Positions 1 to 6,802 of a DNA stretch of 32,000 nucleotides are shown in pieces (the first letter of the stretch is position 1; every line of letters starts with the position of its first letter). The notes below the pieces were generated by a model. It was not told the origin of the DNA. It was given only the letters and a program-made list of their open reading frames with translations, and did no database searches. The translations under genes were made by a program, and so were the position numbers. The stretch is taken from the NCBI GenBank assembly GCA_002952755.1, contig CP025011.1, forward strand, positions 1-32,000. The letters are read 5' to 3'. This DNA is from Candidatus Saccharimonadota bacterium. Its GTDB lineage: Bacteria; Patescibacteriota; Saccharimonadia; Saccharimonadales; UBA4665.

Positions 1-209
1 AATACCAGAACACAACCGATTAAGAGCGAGGACTGTTTGAGTCTCTAAAGAGGCGAGTTCCGCAGCGACGGTTGTGTTCTGGTATTTTCGAGTAATGTTT
101 TACGTTTAGCGCCGAGAGTTTTTGGTTACTTTTTGCGGGACAAAAAGTAACAGGTAAAGGGCGTAATTCGCGGGTGGGGGATTTACTGAGGAGGGTTAGG
201 ATGTGAGAG
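1..209 (+). repeat. Composite repeat family A, copy A1. Nested hairpin with arms 1-17 / 70-86 and core 18-69, then a 41-nt invariant block (112-152) containing a small hairpin at 125-151, then a G-rich tail that runs to the dnaN stop.
   Basis: aataccagaacacaacc (1-17) is the exact reverse complement of ggttgtgttctggtatt (70-86); the arm may continue left of the window. Core: GATTAAGAGCGAGGACTGTTTGAGTCTCTAAAGAGGCGAGTTCCGCAGCGAC. Small hairpin: GTTACTTTTTG-CGGGA-CAAAAAGTAAC at 125-151. The whole module recurs reverse-complemented at 5232-5476. Confidence 0.8.
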
Positions 210-1301
210 CTAGCTCTTCAGGGGCATAATAATGTGCGAGTAATCGCTGGCTGCGGGGTCGCGCAAAAGGGATGGTTCGAGTTTGCCATTGAAAGCAAAG
301 CTCACTTCCTCGCCAGAGAGGACATGCAGCGCATCGAGCAGGTAACGAGAATTAATGGTAATCGAACCGCTGCCTTCTACTTTAGCAGGCGCCTTGGCGG
401 TATTTTCGCCAAGCTGGGAGGCGATAGAGCGGATACTCAGCTCCTTTGTTTCCTCGTCGATATTGAGTGTAATGCTGCCCGCACTTTCGCGGGCAAACAG
501 GCTGGAAATTTTTGCTGCATTCAGTAAGTCGGCACGCAGCAGGGTGGCGCTGGTAGTAAAGCTTGTCGGAATTAGCTTGCGGTAATCAGGATATTTGCCT
601 TCGATCAGCCGGGCAACCAGTTCTACATCACCAACCCGGAAAAGTACTTGCTGATCGTCGCTCGTTACCTGCACCTCGTCTTCGGCGTCGCCCAAAATAC
701 GCAGTAAGTCCTGCATAGCCGTTACCGGCACCAGCAGATTGATGTCCTCATCCGTTTTGAGTAATTCTTTTTCGGCCAAGCGGTAGCTGTCGGTAGCCGC
801 CACGTGCAATACACCGTCAGCAGTATGGAAGTACACCCCAGTCAATACTGGGCGAGCTTCGTCACCCGACGCGGCAATAACAACTTGTTGCAACGCCTTT
901 TTTAGGAGTGCCGATGGAACCGTCCACGTCTTACCCTCGGTAATCGCCGGCATAACCGGAAATTCCTCAGCAGATACACCATTGATAACTGATTGATATT
1001 GATCAGTCACGATATGCAATTTGTATTCATCTAACTGCAAATCAATGACACCACCCGGCAAACTACTGACAAAATCCTGCATCAGCCGGGCAGGAGCAGT
1101 GATCGCCCCCTCATCGGCAACTTTAGCGCCAATATAATGCGTGATGGCGATGTCTAAATTAGTGGCCGCAATGCTTAAACGATTGTTCACGGTTTTTATA
1201 AGAACATTGGCTAGCACGGGCAGGGTGCCGCGCGCATTGGCTACCCGGGCAACCGTACCTAGTGCTTTATTCAGGTTTTCCTGTGTGACTTGCAGCTTCA
1301 T
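210..1301 (-). CDS. dnaN: DNA polymerase III beta subunit (sliding clamp)
   Basis: 363-aa ORF. The N-terminus MKLQVTQENLNKAL...LPVLANVLIK and the three-domain length are typical of DnaN. It lies downstream of dnaA on the same strand. AAGGAG sits 9 nt upstream of the ATG. Confidence 0.97.
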   Translation of the reverse strand: MKLQVTQENLNKALGTVARVANARGTLPVLANVLIKTVNNRLSIAATNLDIAITHYIGAKVADEGAITAPARLMQDFVSSLPGGVIDLQLDEYKLHIVTDQYQSVINGVSAEEFPVMPAITEGKTWTVPSALLKKALQQVVIAASGDEARPVLTGVYFHTADGVLHVAATDSYRLAEKELLKTDEDINLLVPVTAMQDLLRILGDAEDEVQVTSDDQQVLFRVGDVELVARLIEGKYPDYRKLIPTSFTTSATLLRADLLNAAKISSLFARESAGSITLNIDEETKELSIRSIASQLGENTAKAPAKVEGSGSITINSRYLLDALHVLSGEEVSFAFNGKLEPSLLRDPAASDYSHIIMPLKS

Positions 1302-1566
1302 CGTTATGCACTCCTTACTATGTAACTAATTAAATATATTAGTTGTTATTGTTATAGGCCCTGTGGAAGATGGGGAAAACGCGTCAACTAACAGATGATT
1401 TAGGTATGCTTTGGCCTGTGAAAAAATAGCCAGGAGTATGTGCGCAAAACGGGGAAAAAGAAGGGGTTGTCCACTGCGTCCATGGCATGCAGCATATGAT
1501 TTTGTGCACAAATAGTGTTCACGCCTCGGCATCTCCACGGCTAATTCCCAGGTTTTTGCACAGCTT
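1302..1566. other. dnaA-dnaN spacer: candidate second oriC module (AT-rich DUE-like stretch plus weak DnaA boxes)
   Basis: AT-rich run at 1321-1356 (tgtaactaattaaatatattagttgttattgttata). DnaA-box-like 9-mers: tgtggaaga 1362-1370, ttgtccact 1467-1475, ttgtgcaca 1502-1510, each 7/9 to TTATCCACA or its complement. The 123-aa ORF listed here (1326-1697) looks spurious. Confidence 0.45.
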
Positions 1567-2961
1567 TTACGCATACAGTTTGTCCTTAATGCTAGTAATG
1601 GCGCTGCGGATATCGGCATCAAGGCGCGATTCTTTTTCGATTTTTTCGATGGAGTGAATGGCGGTAGTGTGGTCTTTACGTCCCAGCTCCCGGGCAATCT
1701 TAGGGAAACTGAGGTGTAGTTCGCTCCTGAGCATATACATAGCCACCTGGCGTGGTACCACGATGTCTTTATCGCGTTTTGGGCCTAAGATGTCTTCAAT
1801 TGGTATTTGGAAATGTCGTGCGGTGCGCTCAATGATTTGTTTGGCGCTAATGTGCTTAGGTCGGGTTTGGGCGCTGCCGAGCAGGCTGCTAGCAATGCCC
1901 AAGTTAGGATCGAGGGCGCGCATTTCGCAGAAAGCCAATAACTGGTTGAGTGCACCTTCCAGCTCACGGATGTTGGTCTGAACATTATTTGCCAGATACT
2001 CGGTAACGTCAGTAGGCAACGTGATGCCGTGATTATGGGCTTTGGTCTGCAGAATGGCGCACCGTGTTTCAAAATCCGGTGTTTGCATGTCGATGCTCAT
2101 ACCCCACACAAAGCGGCTGCGCAAACGCTCTTCCAGTGTCGGAATGTCGCGCGGTGGCTTATCACTGCTGATAATGATCTGTCTGCTGGCCTGGTGCAGG
2201 GCATTAAAGGTATGAAAGAATTCTTCCTGGACCTTTTCTTTGCCGGCGATAAATTGGATATCGTCAACGATTAGTACATCGGCACCACGGTAAAAGTCGG
2301 CAAAGTCGGTATTCTTTTTAAATCTTAGGGCGTCGACGAATTCCTGCAGAAACTGCTCGCTTGATATATAGACAACACGGGCTTGAGAGTTGCCGGCTAA
2401 TACTGTATTACCAACTGCCTGCATAAGGTGTGTTTTGCCAATGCCGACGCCTCCATATAAGAACAAAGGGTTATATTTTGTGCCTGGCTGGGCGGCTACC
2501 GCCTGGCAGGCCGCATAGGCCAGTTCGTTGCCGGAGCCAACGATGAAGTTGTCGAAGGTATAGCGCTCATTTAACCCTTGACGATAGGCGTGAGTAAGGC
2601 CTGTGGCCTGCGGTTTAGCTGGTGTGGCATGTGCGGTGCTGGCACCGGGAGAAGGGCGCAGGACGGCAGCTTCTTCTTCGCGAACTGGTGTGAGGGCAGT
2701 GTGGATCTTGTATTCGACCTGGCCGACGTTCGTACCGTTTTTACGCAATGTTTCGATGATCAGATCGTTATATTTACGCTCCAGTTGTTGCTTAATAAAG
2801 ATGTTGGGTACGCCGATAATGATGCGTTCGTCATCCTGTTTGAGCAACACCGTGTTTTTGAACCACGTAATAAAGTTCCCCCGCGAGAGCGAAAGCTCGA
2901 TCTCGCCTAACACTGCTTGCCACAAATCTGACGCTGTTTGCATCACCCTCTCACTCATCAC
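1567..2961 (-). CDS. dnaA: Chromosomal replication initiator DnaA
   Basis: 464-aa ORF with Walker A GGVGIGKTHL, Walker B LIVDDIQF, and a C-terminal DNA-binding region ending ...DHTTAIHSIEKI. Position 2961 is GTG. An ATG at 2958 or 2943 is a possible alternative start. Confidence 0.97.
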   Translation of the reverse strand: MMSERVMQTASDLWQAVLGEIELSLSRGNFITWFKNTVLLKQDDERIIIGVPNIFIKQQLERKYNDLIIETLRKNGTNVGQVEYKIHTALTPVREEEAAVLRPSPGASTAHATPAKPQATGLTHAYRQGLNERYTFDNFIVGSGNELAYAACQAVAAQPGTKYNPLFLYGGVGIGKTHLMQAVGNTVLAGNSQARVVYISSEQFLQEFVDALRFKKNTDFADFYRGADVLIVDDIQFIAGKEKVQEEFFHTFNALHQASRQIIISSDKPPRDIPTLEERLRSRFVWGMSIDMQTPDFETRCAILQTKAHNHGITLPTDVTEYLANNVQTNIRELEGALNQLLAFCEMRALDPNLGIASSLLGSAQTRPKHISAKQIIERTARHFQIPIEDILGPKRDKDIVVPRQVAMYMLRSELHLSFPKIARELGRKDHTTAIHSIEKIEKESRLDADIRSAITSIKDKLYA

Positions 2962-3245
2962 TTAATACTAAAAACTATACGCCTGACGGTTACTTTTCCA
3001 CAAGTTTTCGAACCATGTTTATAACACACCATCCTACAGACGGGCCGACTAGGGATTTATACACAATATCAAGGCACATCTGTTAATGTGTGGAAAGAAC
3101 TTGAGATTGTGTGGAAAACTTGCTAAAATTAATGGGTTAAACATTGTTATTTTCACCAGAAGATAATAATTACAGAAAACTAAAGGGGACTCGTGTCCAG
3201 CCAACACCTTGAAGGCGGGACGCTCGTCCTGTAGAGTGAGAGCAT
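2962..3245. other. oriC candidate: DnaA-box cluster between divergent dnaA and rpmH
   Basis: Boxes: TTTTCCACA 2994-3002 (8/9), TTATACACA 3057-3065 (8/9), TGTGGAAAG 3089-3097 (7/9, complement orientation), TGTGGAAAA 3110-3118 (8/9, complement orientation). AT-rich sequence lies at 3121-3180. The ORFs listed at 3049-3252 and 3170-3376 are spurious. Confidence 0.65.
3209..3237 (+). promoter_or_regulatory. rpmH promoter candidate (-35 TTGAAG, 17-nt spacer, -10 TAGAGT) that would give a leaderless or near-leaderless mRNA
   Basis: TTGAAG at 3209-3214 and TAGAGT at 3232-3237. The ATG at 3246 is only 8 nt downstream of the -10 hexamer, and no Shine-Dalgarno motif lies between them. Confidence 0.5.
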
Positions 3246-3383
3246 ATGCCAAAACGAACGTACCAACCCAAGAAACGCCACCGCGCTCGCCAGCACGGTT
3301 TTATGGCACGCATGGCCAACCGCGCCGGTCGTGCGGTATTGCGCCGTCGCCGTCTTAAGGGTCGTGTTGCACTCACTAAGTAA
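3246..3383 (+). CDS. rpmH: 50S ribosomal protein L34
   Basis: Too short for the ORF track, so translated by hand: [45 protein letters not shown] (45 aa). This is the classic L34 pattern, and the gene is in the conserved position before rnpA. Confidence 0.95.
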   Translation: MPKRTYQPKKRHRARQHGFMARMANRAGRAVLRRRRLKGRVALTK

Positions 3384-3423
3384 TTTGCAAAAAGTCTAAG
3401 CCTATAAGGAGTGCGCTCCAGCC

Positions 3424-3813
3424 GTGATCACGCAAGCTCATAGATTCCATGGTCGGAACTCTTTGCGCTTTGTGTATCGGCGCGGGCAAACGATTCGCAC
3501 CGGAGTCGTTTCTCTTAAGTATATCCGCAACCAGCGCGAAGAAAAGTATCGCGTAGCTGTAGTGGTGAGCCGTAAGGTGAGCAAGTCTGCAGTAGTGCGT
3601 AACCGTATCCGCAGACGGGTGTATGAGATTGTACGTAAAGAGGCGACATACATCGGGGCGGCATACGATTTAGTTTTCTTTGTGTACGACGAATCGGTAG
3701 CCACTGTTTCGCACGCCCAACTAGAGCAGGCAATTATCGGCAGCCTGGAAAGGGCCAAGGTACTTAACAGATCAGAACGTGCTATAGTAGAAAATAAGGA
3801 GACGCTCACGTAA
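3424..3813 (+). CDS. rnpA: Ribonuclease P protein component
   Basis: 129-aa basic protein containing ...VVVSRKVSKSAVVRNRIRRRVYEIVR. The order rpmH-rnpA-yidC is conserved synteny. It has a GTG start, with AAGGAG at 3406-3411. Its stop overlaps the yidC start (TAATG). Confidence 0.9.
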   Translation: MITQAHRFHGRNSLRFVYRRGQTIRTGVVSLKYIRNQREEKYRVAVVVSRKVSKSAVVRNRIRRRVYEIVRKEATYIGAAYDLVFFVYDESVATVSHAQLEQAIIGSLERAKVLNRSERAIVENKETLT

Positions 3814-4763
3814 TGTTTACGACACTGATCATTCAGCCGATTTTTAACCTCTTAGTTCTTATTTATGCGCTACTGCCAGGGCATAACTTTGGTCTGAGCA
3901 TCATTATATTTACCATCGTTGTCCGCCTGCTCATGTGGCCGCTTGTGAAAAAGCAGCTGCATCAGGTAAAAGTGATGCGCGCTATTCAGCCTGAACTGAA
4001 GCGCATCAAAAAAGCCGCCGCCGGTAACCGCCAGCAAGAATCGTTAATGATGATGGCGCTCTACAAAGAGCGGGGCATCAATCCGTTTGGTTCTATCGGC
4101 GTACTGCTTATCCAGCTGCCTATTCTGATTGGCCTGTATAGTGGCCTCCAGCGCATTTTGCACAATCCTAAGGAGCTTGAGACATTTGCGTACACACCTT
4201 TGCGGCATTTGCCTTGGATGAAGCAACTGGCCGGCGATATTCATCAGTTCGATCATACGTTATTCCATGTAGTCGATCTGACGCGCAGTGCGTTTGGACC
4301 TAAGGGCGTGTACTGGCCGGCCTTGTTTATCGTGCTCGGCAGCGCTGTGGTACAGTTCTACCAGAGTAGCCAACTGACACCTGCGCCGAAAGACGCTCGC
4401 AAACTGCGTGACATCTTGAAGGGTGCGAGTAGCGGCCAGCAGGCTGATCAGTCTGAGGTGAATGCGGCTGTAGCGCGGAGTACTCGCTTCTTGCTGCCCG
4501 CCATGGTCTTCTTATTTACAGTAAATATCCCTTCAGCATTGGGTCTGTACTGGCTGGTGGGTGGTATGGCGGCCCTCGTGCAGCAAACGATTGCGCTCCG
4601 TGACGACACTAAGGAGATGGAAGCTGAAGTATCTGCCAAGGACGCAAGCCGTGCTGCAGCTAAAGAAAAAGAAAAGCACGCCGTCGAGGCGGAAGTTGTT
4701 ACAATGCCTACCAAACCTAAGCCAGCAAAAAAGAAGAGTAATCAAAAGCGGAGGAAAAAATAG
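3813..4763 (+). CDS. yidC: Membrane protein insertase YidC (short, monoderm-type, Lys-rich C-terminal tail)
   Basis: 316 aa with multiple TM segments. The motif LLMWPLVKKQ...MRAIQPELKRIKK is typical of YidC/Oxa1, and the tail ends KPKPAKKKSNQKRRKK. Synteny supports the call. Confidence 0.92.
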   Translation: MFTTLIIQPIFNLLVLIYALLPGHNFGLSIIIFTIVVRLLMWPLVKKQLHQVKVMRAIQPELKRIKKAAAGNRQQESLMMMALYKERGINPFGSIGVLLIQLPILIGLYSGLQRILHNPKELETFAYTPLRHLPWMKQLAGDIHQFDHTLFHVVDLTRSAFGPKGVYWPALFIVLGSAVVQFYQSSQLTPAPKDARKLRDILKGASSGQQADQSEVNAAVARSTRFLLPAMVFLFTVNIPSALGLYWLVGGMAALVQQTIALRDDTKEMEAEVSAKDASRAAAKEKEKHAVEAEVVTMPTKPKPAKKKSNQKRRKK

Positions 4764-5219
4764 ATGGAAGACGCCATTCGTTACGCTAAGAAGTACCTCG
4801 AAGATTTGCTGTCTTTTTTTGGTCTGAACACCGATGTGTATGCCACCTCCGAAGATGAGGTGATCGAGCTGGAGGTGCCATCGACGCATCTGAACGGTTT
4901 TTTGATTGGCCAAAAAGGCGACAATATGCGCGCCATGCAGTTTTTAGTGAGTAACGCCCTGAAAAATCAGGGGTTCGATTATACGCGCGTGAATGTTGAT
5001 ATCGCCGAATATAAAAAGCAACGCGCCCAGCGTCTTAGCGACCAGGCAGAAGAATGGATGAAAAAGGTCAAAGAAGATAAAAAGTCTATGGATCTTCGCC
5101 CGATGAATGCCGCCGACCGTCGCACTATCCATAAGTTAGCCCAAGAATGGGGCCTCATCAGCGAATCTGACGGCGAAGGCCGTGATCGGCATATTGTGCT
5201 TAAGCCTGAGGCTGAATAG
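4764..5219 (+). CDS. jag: Jag/KhpB-type RNA-binding protein (KH + R3H domains)
   Basis: 151 aa. KH-like segment FLIGQKGDNMRAMQFL. R3H-like segment MNAADRRTIHKLAQEWGLISESDGEGRDRHIVLKP. It lies immediately after yidC, as in many bacteria. Confidence 0.85.
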   Translation: MEDAIRYAKKYLEDLLSFFGLNTDVYATSEDEVIELEVPSTHLNGFLIGQKGDNMRAMQFLVSNALKNQGFDYTRVNVDIAEYKKQRAQRLSDQAEEWMKKVKEDKKSMDLRPMNAADRRTIHKLAQEWGLISESDGEGRDRHIVLKPEAE

Positions 5220-5231
5220 AGTTTCGGCTGA

Positions 5232-5476
5232 ACTTACATATATCTCCTCATTACCTCCACCCCAAACCCCACAAACCAGACTTCCTCAGTAAATCCCAAC
5301 CCGCGACCTGCAATCCTTATATTGTTACTTTTTGTCCCGCAAAAAGTAACCAAAAACTCTCGGGACCAACATAAAACACTACTTAAAGAAAGAGCTTCTT
5401 GACCGTCGCTGCGGAACTCGCCTCTTAGAGGCTCAAACAGTCCTCACTCTAATTGGTCAAGAAGCTCTTTCTTTAA
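5232..5476 (-). repeat. Composite repeat family A, copy A2 (inverted relative to A1). Nested hairpin with arms 5383-5404 / 5455-5476 and core 5405-5454, plus an invariant 41-nt block at 5323-5363 that contains a hairpin at 5324-5350.
   Basis: ttaaagaaagagcttcttgacc (5383-5404) is the exact reverse complement of 5455-5476 (22/22). The core reverse complement AATTAGAGTGAGGACTGTTTGAGCCTCTAAGAGGCGAGTTCCGCAGCGAC is about 90% identical to the A1 core. The 41-nt block is identical to A1 112-152. The arms are unrelated to the A1 arms. The inner boundary near 5232 is approximate. Confidence 0.8.
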
Positions 5477-5678
5477 ATCGGTTTTACTCCAGGCCCCGAA
5501 CCCCGTCGGAGAGGGTAGGTGGATATTGTACCTAATACAGTAAATACTGAGTAGCTTTCAATCGCAGGACTACACGGCCGAACTATTCGGATATCTAGGG
5601 CTGCGATGGAGAGGTGGTTAGTGAATATCTTTTGCTTATTTTTGGGTTTGGGTTTGATCCGGGGTGAAAAAAGGCGGG

Positions 5679-6779
5679 TTATCCGATAATGCTTTTGTAG
5701 ACGGTGAGTGTTTCTTCGCTCATTTTTTTCCAGGAATATCTTTTGACTTGCTTGGCGCCAGCTGCAATAAGCTGGTTACGGAGTTTATCGTCATCTAATA
5801 CCTTGGCGACTTGCCTGGCGATGTCCTCTGGATCTTTCGGATTGCAGTAGACAGCGGCGTCGCCATACACTTCTGGCATGACGCTGGCGTTGCTGGACAC
5901 CACCGGGGCTCCGTGGGCCATAGCTTCTAGTGCGGTTAGGCCAAAACCTTCGCCAAGAGATGGTGTTACGTATAATTTAGTGTGGCTGTAGAGCCATTTG
6001 ACCTCTTCGTCGGGCAAAAATCCCGTAATGTGAATATGATCTGCAGAGGTAAAGGAGGCAATTTGCTCCTCAAGTTCGAGGTAGTGTTTTTCCTTCTTGC
6101 CGACAAGTAGTAAGTGAACATCAGGGTGAGACGTATGGAGCAGCTCGAAGGCCTTGCATAGTGTTAGTACGTTTTTGTGCGGGAATGCAGTGCCTAAGTA
6201 CATGATGAAATTGTCGGGGATATCTTTTGGCTTCACGGCTGCTGCTTTGATGGGCGGCTCGCTCGCTTCCAATGTGACTGCCAATTTTTTTTTGGTAAAA
6301 GGCTGAAATTCGATAAGCTCATTGGCAACCGTGTGAGTGGGTACGATAATGCGATCTGATTTTCTATGCCCCCACCAGAACAAGAAGTGGTATAACTTCA
6401 TCTTAAGCCAATATACTGGTGCGGGCGTGGTGCCCCGGCGAATGAAGTGGAACATCAGCAAATCGTGCGTAGTGGTCACGATGCGGCCAAAATAGAAGAT
6501 AGGCTGCTGGGTCATAGTGAAGTGTACGAGGTCTGGACGAAGACGATACACTTGCCAGGCAAAGCGCAATTGGTCGAGCGGGTTAAAGGAAAATTGCGGG
6601 AAGGGGCAGGGGACCGTTTTGAAGACGGGGGAGTGCATCTTCCAATTGTCATCAGGCTCGACGAGAATGGTGTAGCGGTTCACGTGGTCGATATCTTGCA
6701 GATGTTCGACTAGGCGGTCGGTATAACGGCCGGTACTGCTACGGCGGATGCGGGCGTCGATGACAATATGTTTCTGCAT
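5679..6779 (-). CDS. Glycosyltransferase family 4 (GT-B, group 1)
   Basis: C-terminal motif EGFGLTALEAMAHGAPVVSS. I prefer the ATG at 6779 (MQKHIVIDAR...) to the ORF-track start at 6839, which would overlap the divergent gene. Confidence 0.85.
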   Translation of the reverse strand: MQKHIVIDARIRRSSTGRYTDRLVEHLQDIDHVNRYTILVEPDDNWKMHSPVFKTVPCPFPQFSFNPLDQLRFAWQVYRLRPDLVHFTMTQQPIFYFGRIVTTTHDLLMFHFIRRGTTPAPVYWLKMKLYHFLFWWGHRKSDRIIVPTHTVANELIEFQPFTKKKLAVTLEASEPPIKAAAVKPKDIPDNFIMYLGTAFPHKNVLTLCKAFELLHTSHPDVHLLLVGKKEKHYLELEEQIASFTSADHIHITGFLPDEEVKWLYSHTKLYVTPSLGEGFGLTALEAMAHGAPVVSSNASVMPEVYGDAAVYCNPKDPEDIARQVAKVLDDDKLRNQLIAAGAKQVKRYSWKKMSEETLTVYKSIIG

Positions 6780-6785
6780 GCTTGC

Positions 6786-6795
6786 TATAATTATA
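6786..6795. promoter_or_regulatory. Overlapping divergent -10 elements in the palindrome TATAATTATA
   Basis: TATAAT at 6786-6791 on the + strand is 11 nt before the ATG at 6803. TATAAT on the - strand (6795-6790) is 10 nt before the ATG at 6779. The whole intergenic gap is only 23 bp. Confidence 0.45.
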
Positions 6796-6802
6796 CGCGA
6801 AC

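Noticed and set aside
234-585. ORFs of 97 aa and 76 aa on the + strand inside dnaN.
   Set aside because: They are antisense shadows of a well-supported gene and have no recognisable motifs.
1326-1697. A 123-aa - strand ORF spanning the dnaA-dnaN spacer and the dnaA 3' end.
   Set aside because: It overlaps dnaA out of frame, runs through the AT-rich origin-like spacer, and its sequence is compositionally odd.
3049-3376. Two - strand ORFs of 67 and 68 aa across the DnaA-box region and rpmH.
   Set aside because: They are antisense to the clearly recognisable L34 gene and to the box cluster. One is simply the Arg-rich mirror of L34.
5606-5689. A small ORF encoding a hydrophobic 27-aa peptide (MERWLVNIFCLFLGLGLIRGEKRRVIR), reminiscent of type I toxins.
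   Set aside because: It has no convincing SD or promoter. It is built largely from the G/T-rich repeat-relic sequence and overlaps the 3' end of the GT4 gene, and its conservation cannot be assessed here. This is insufficient evidence for a gene.
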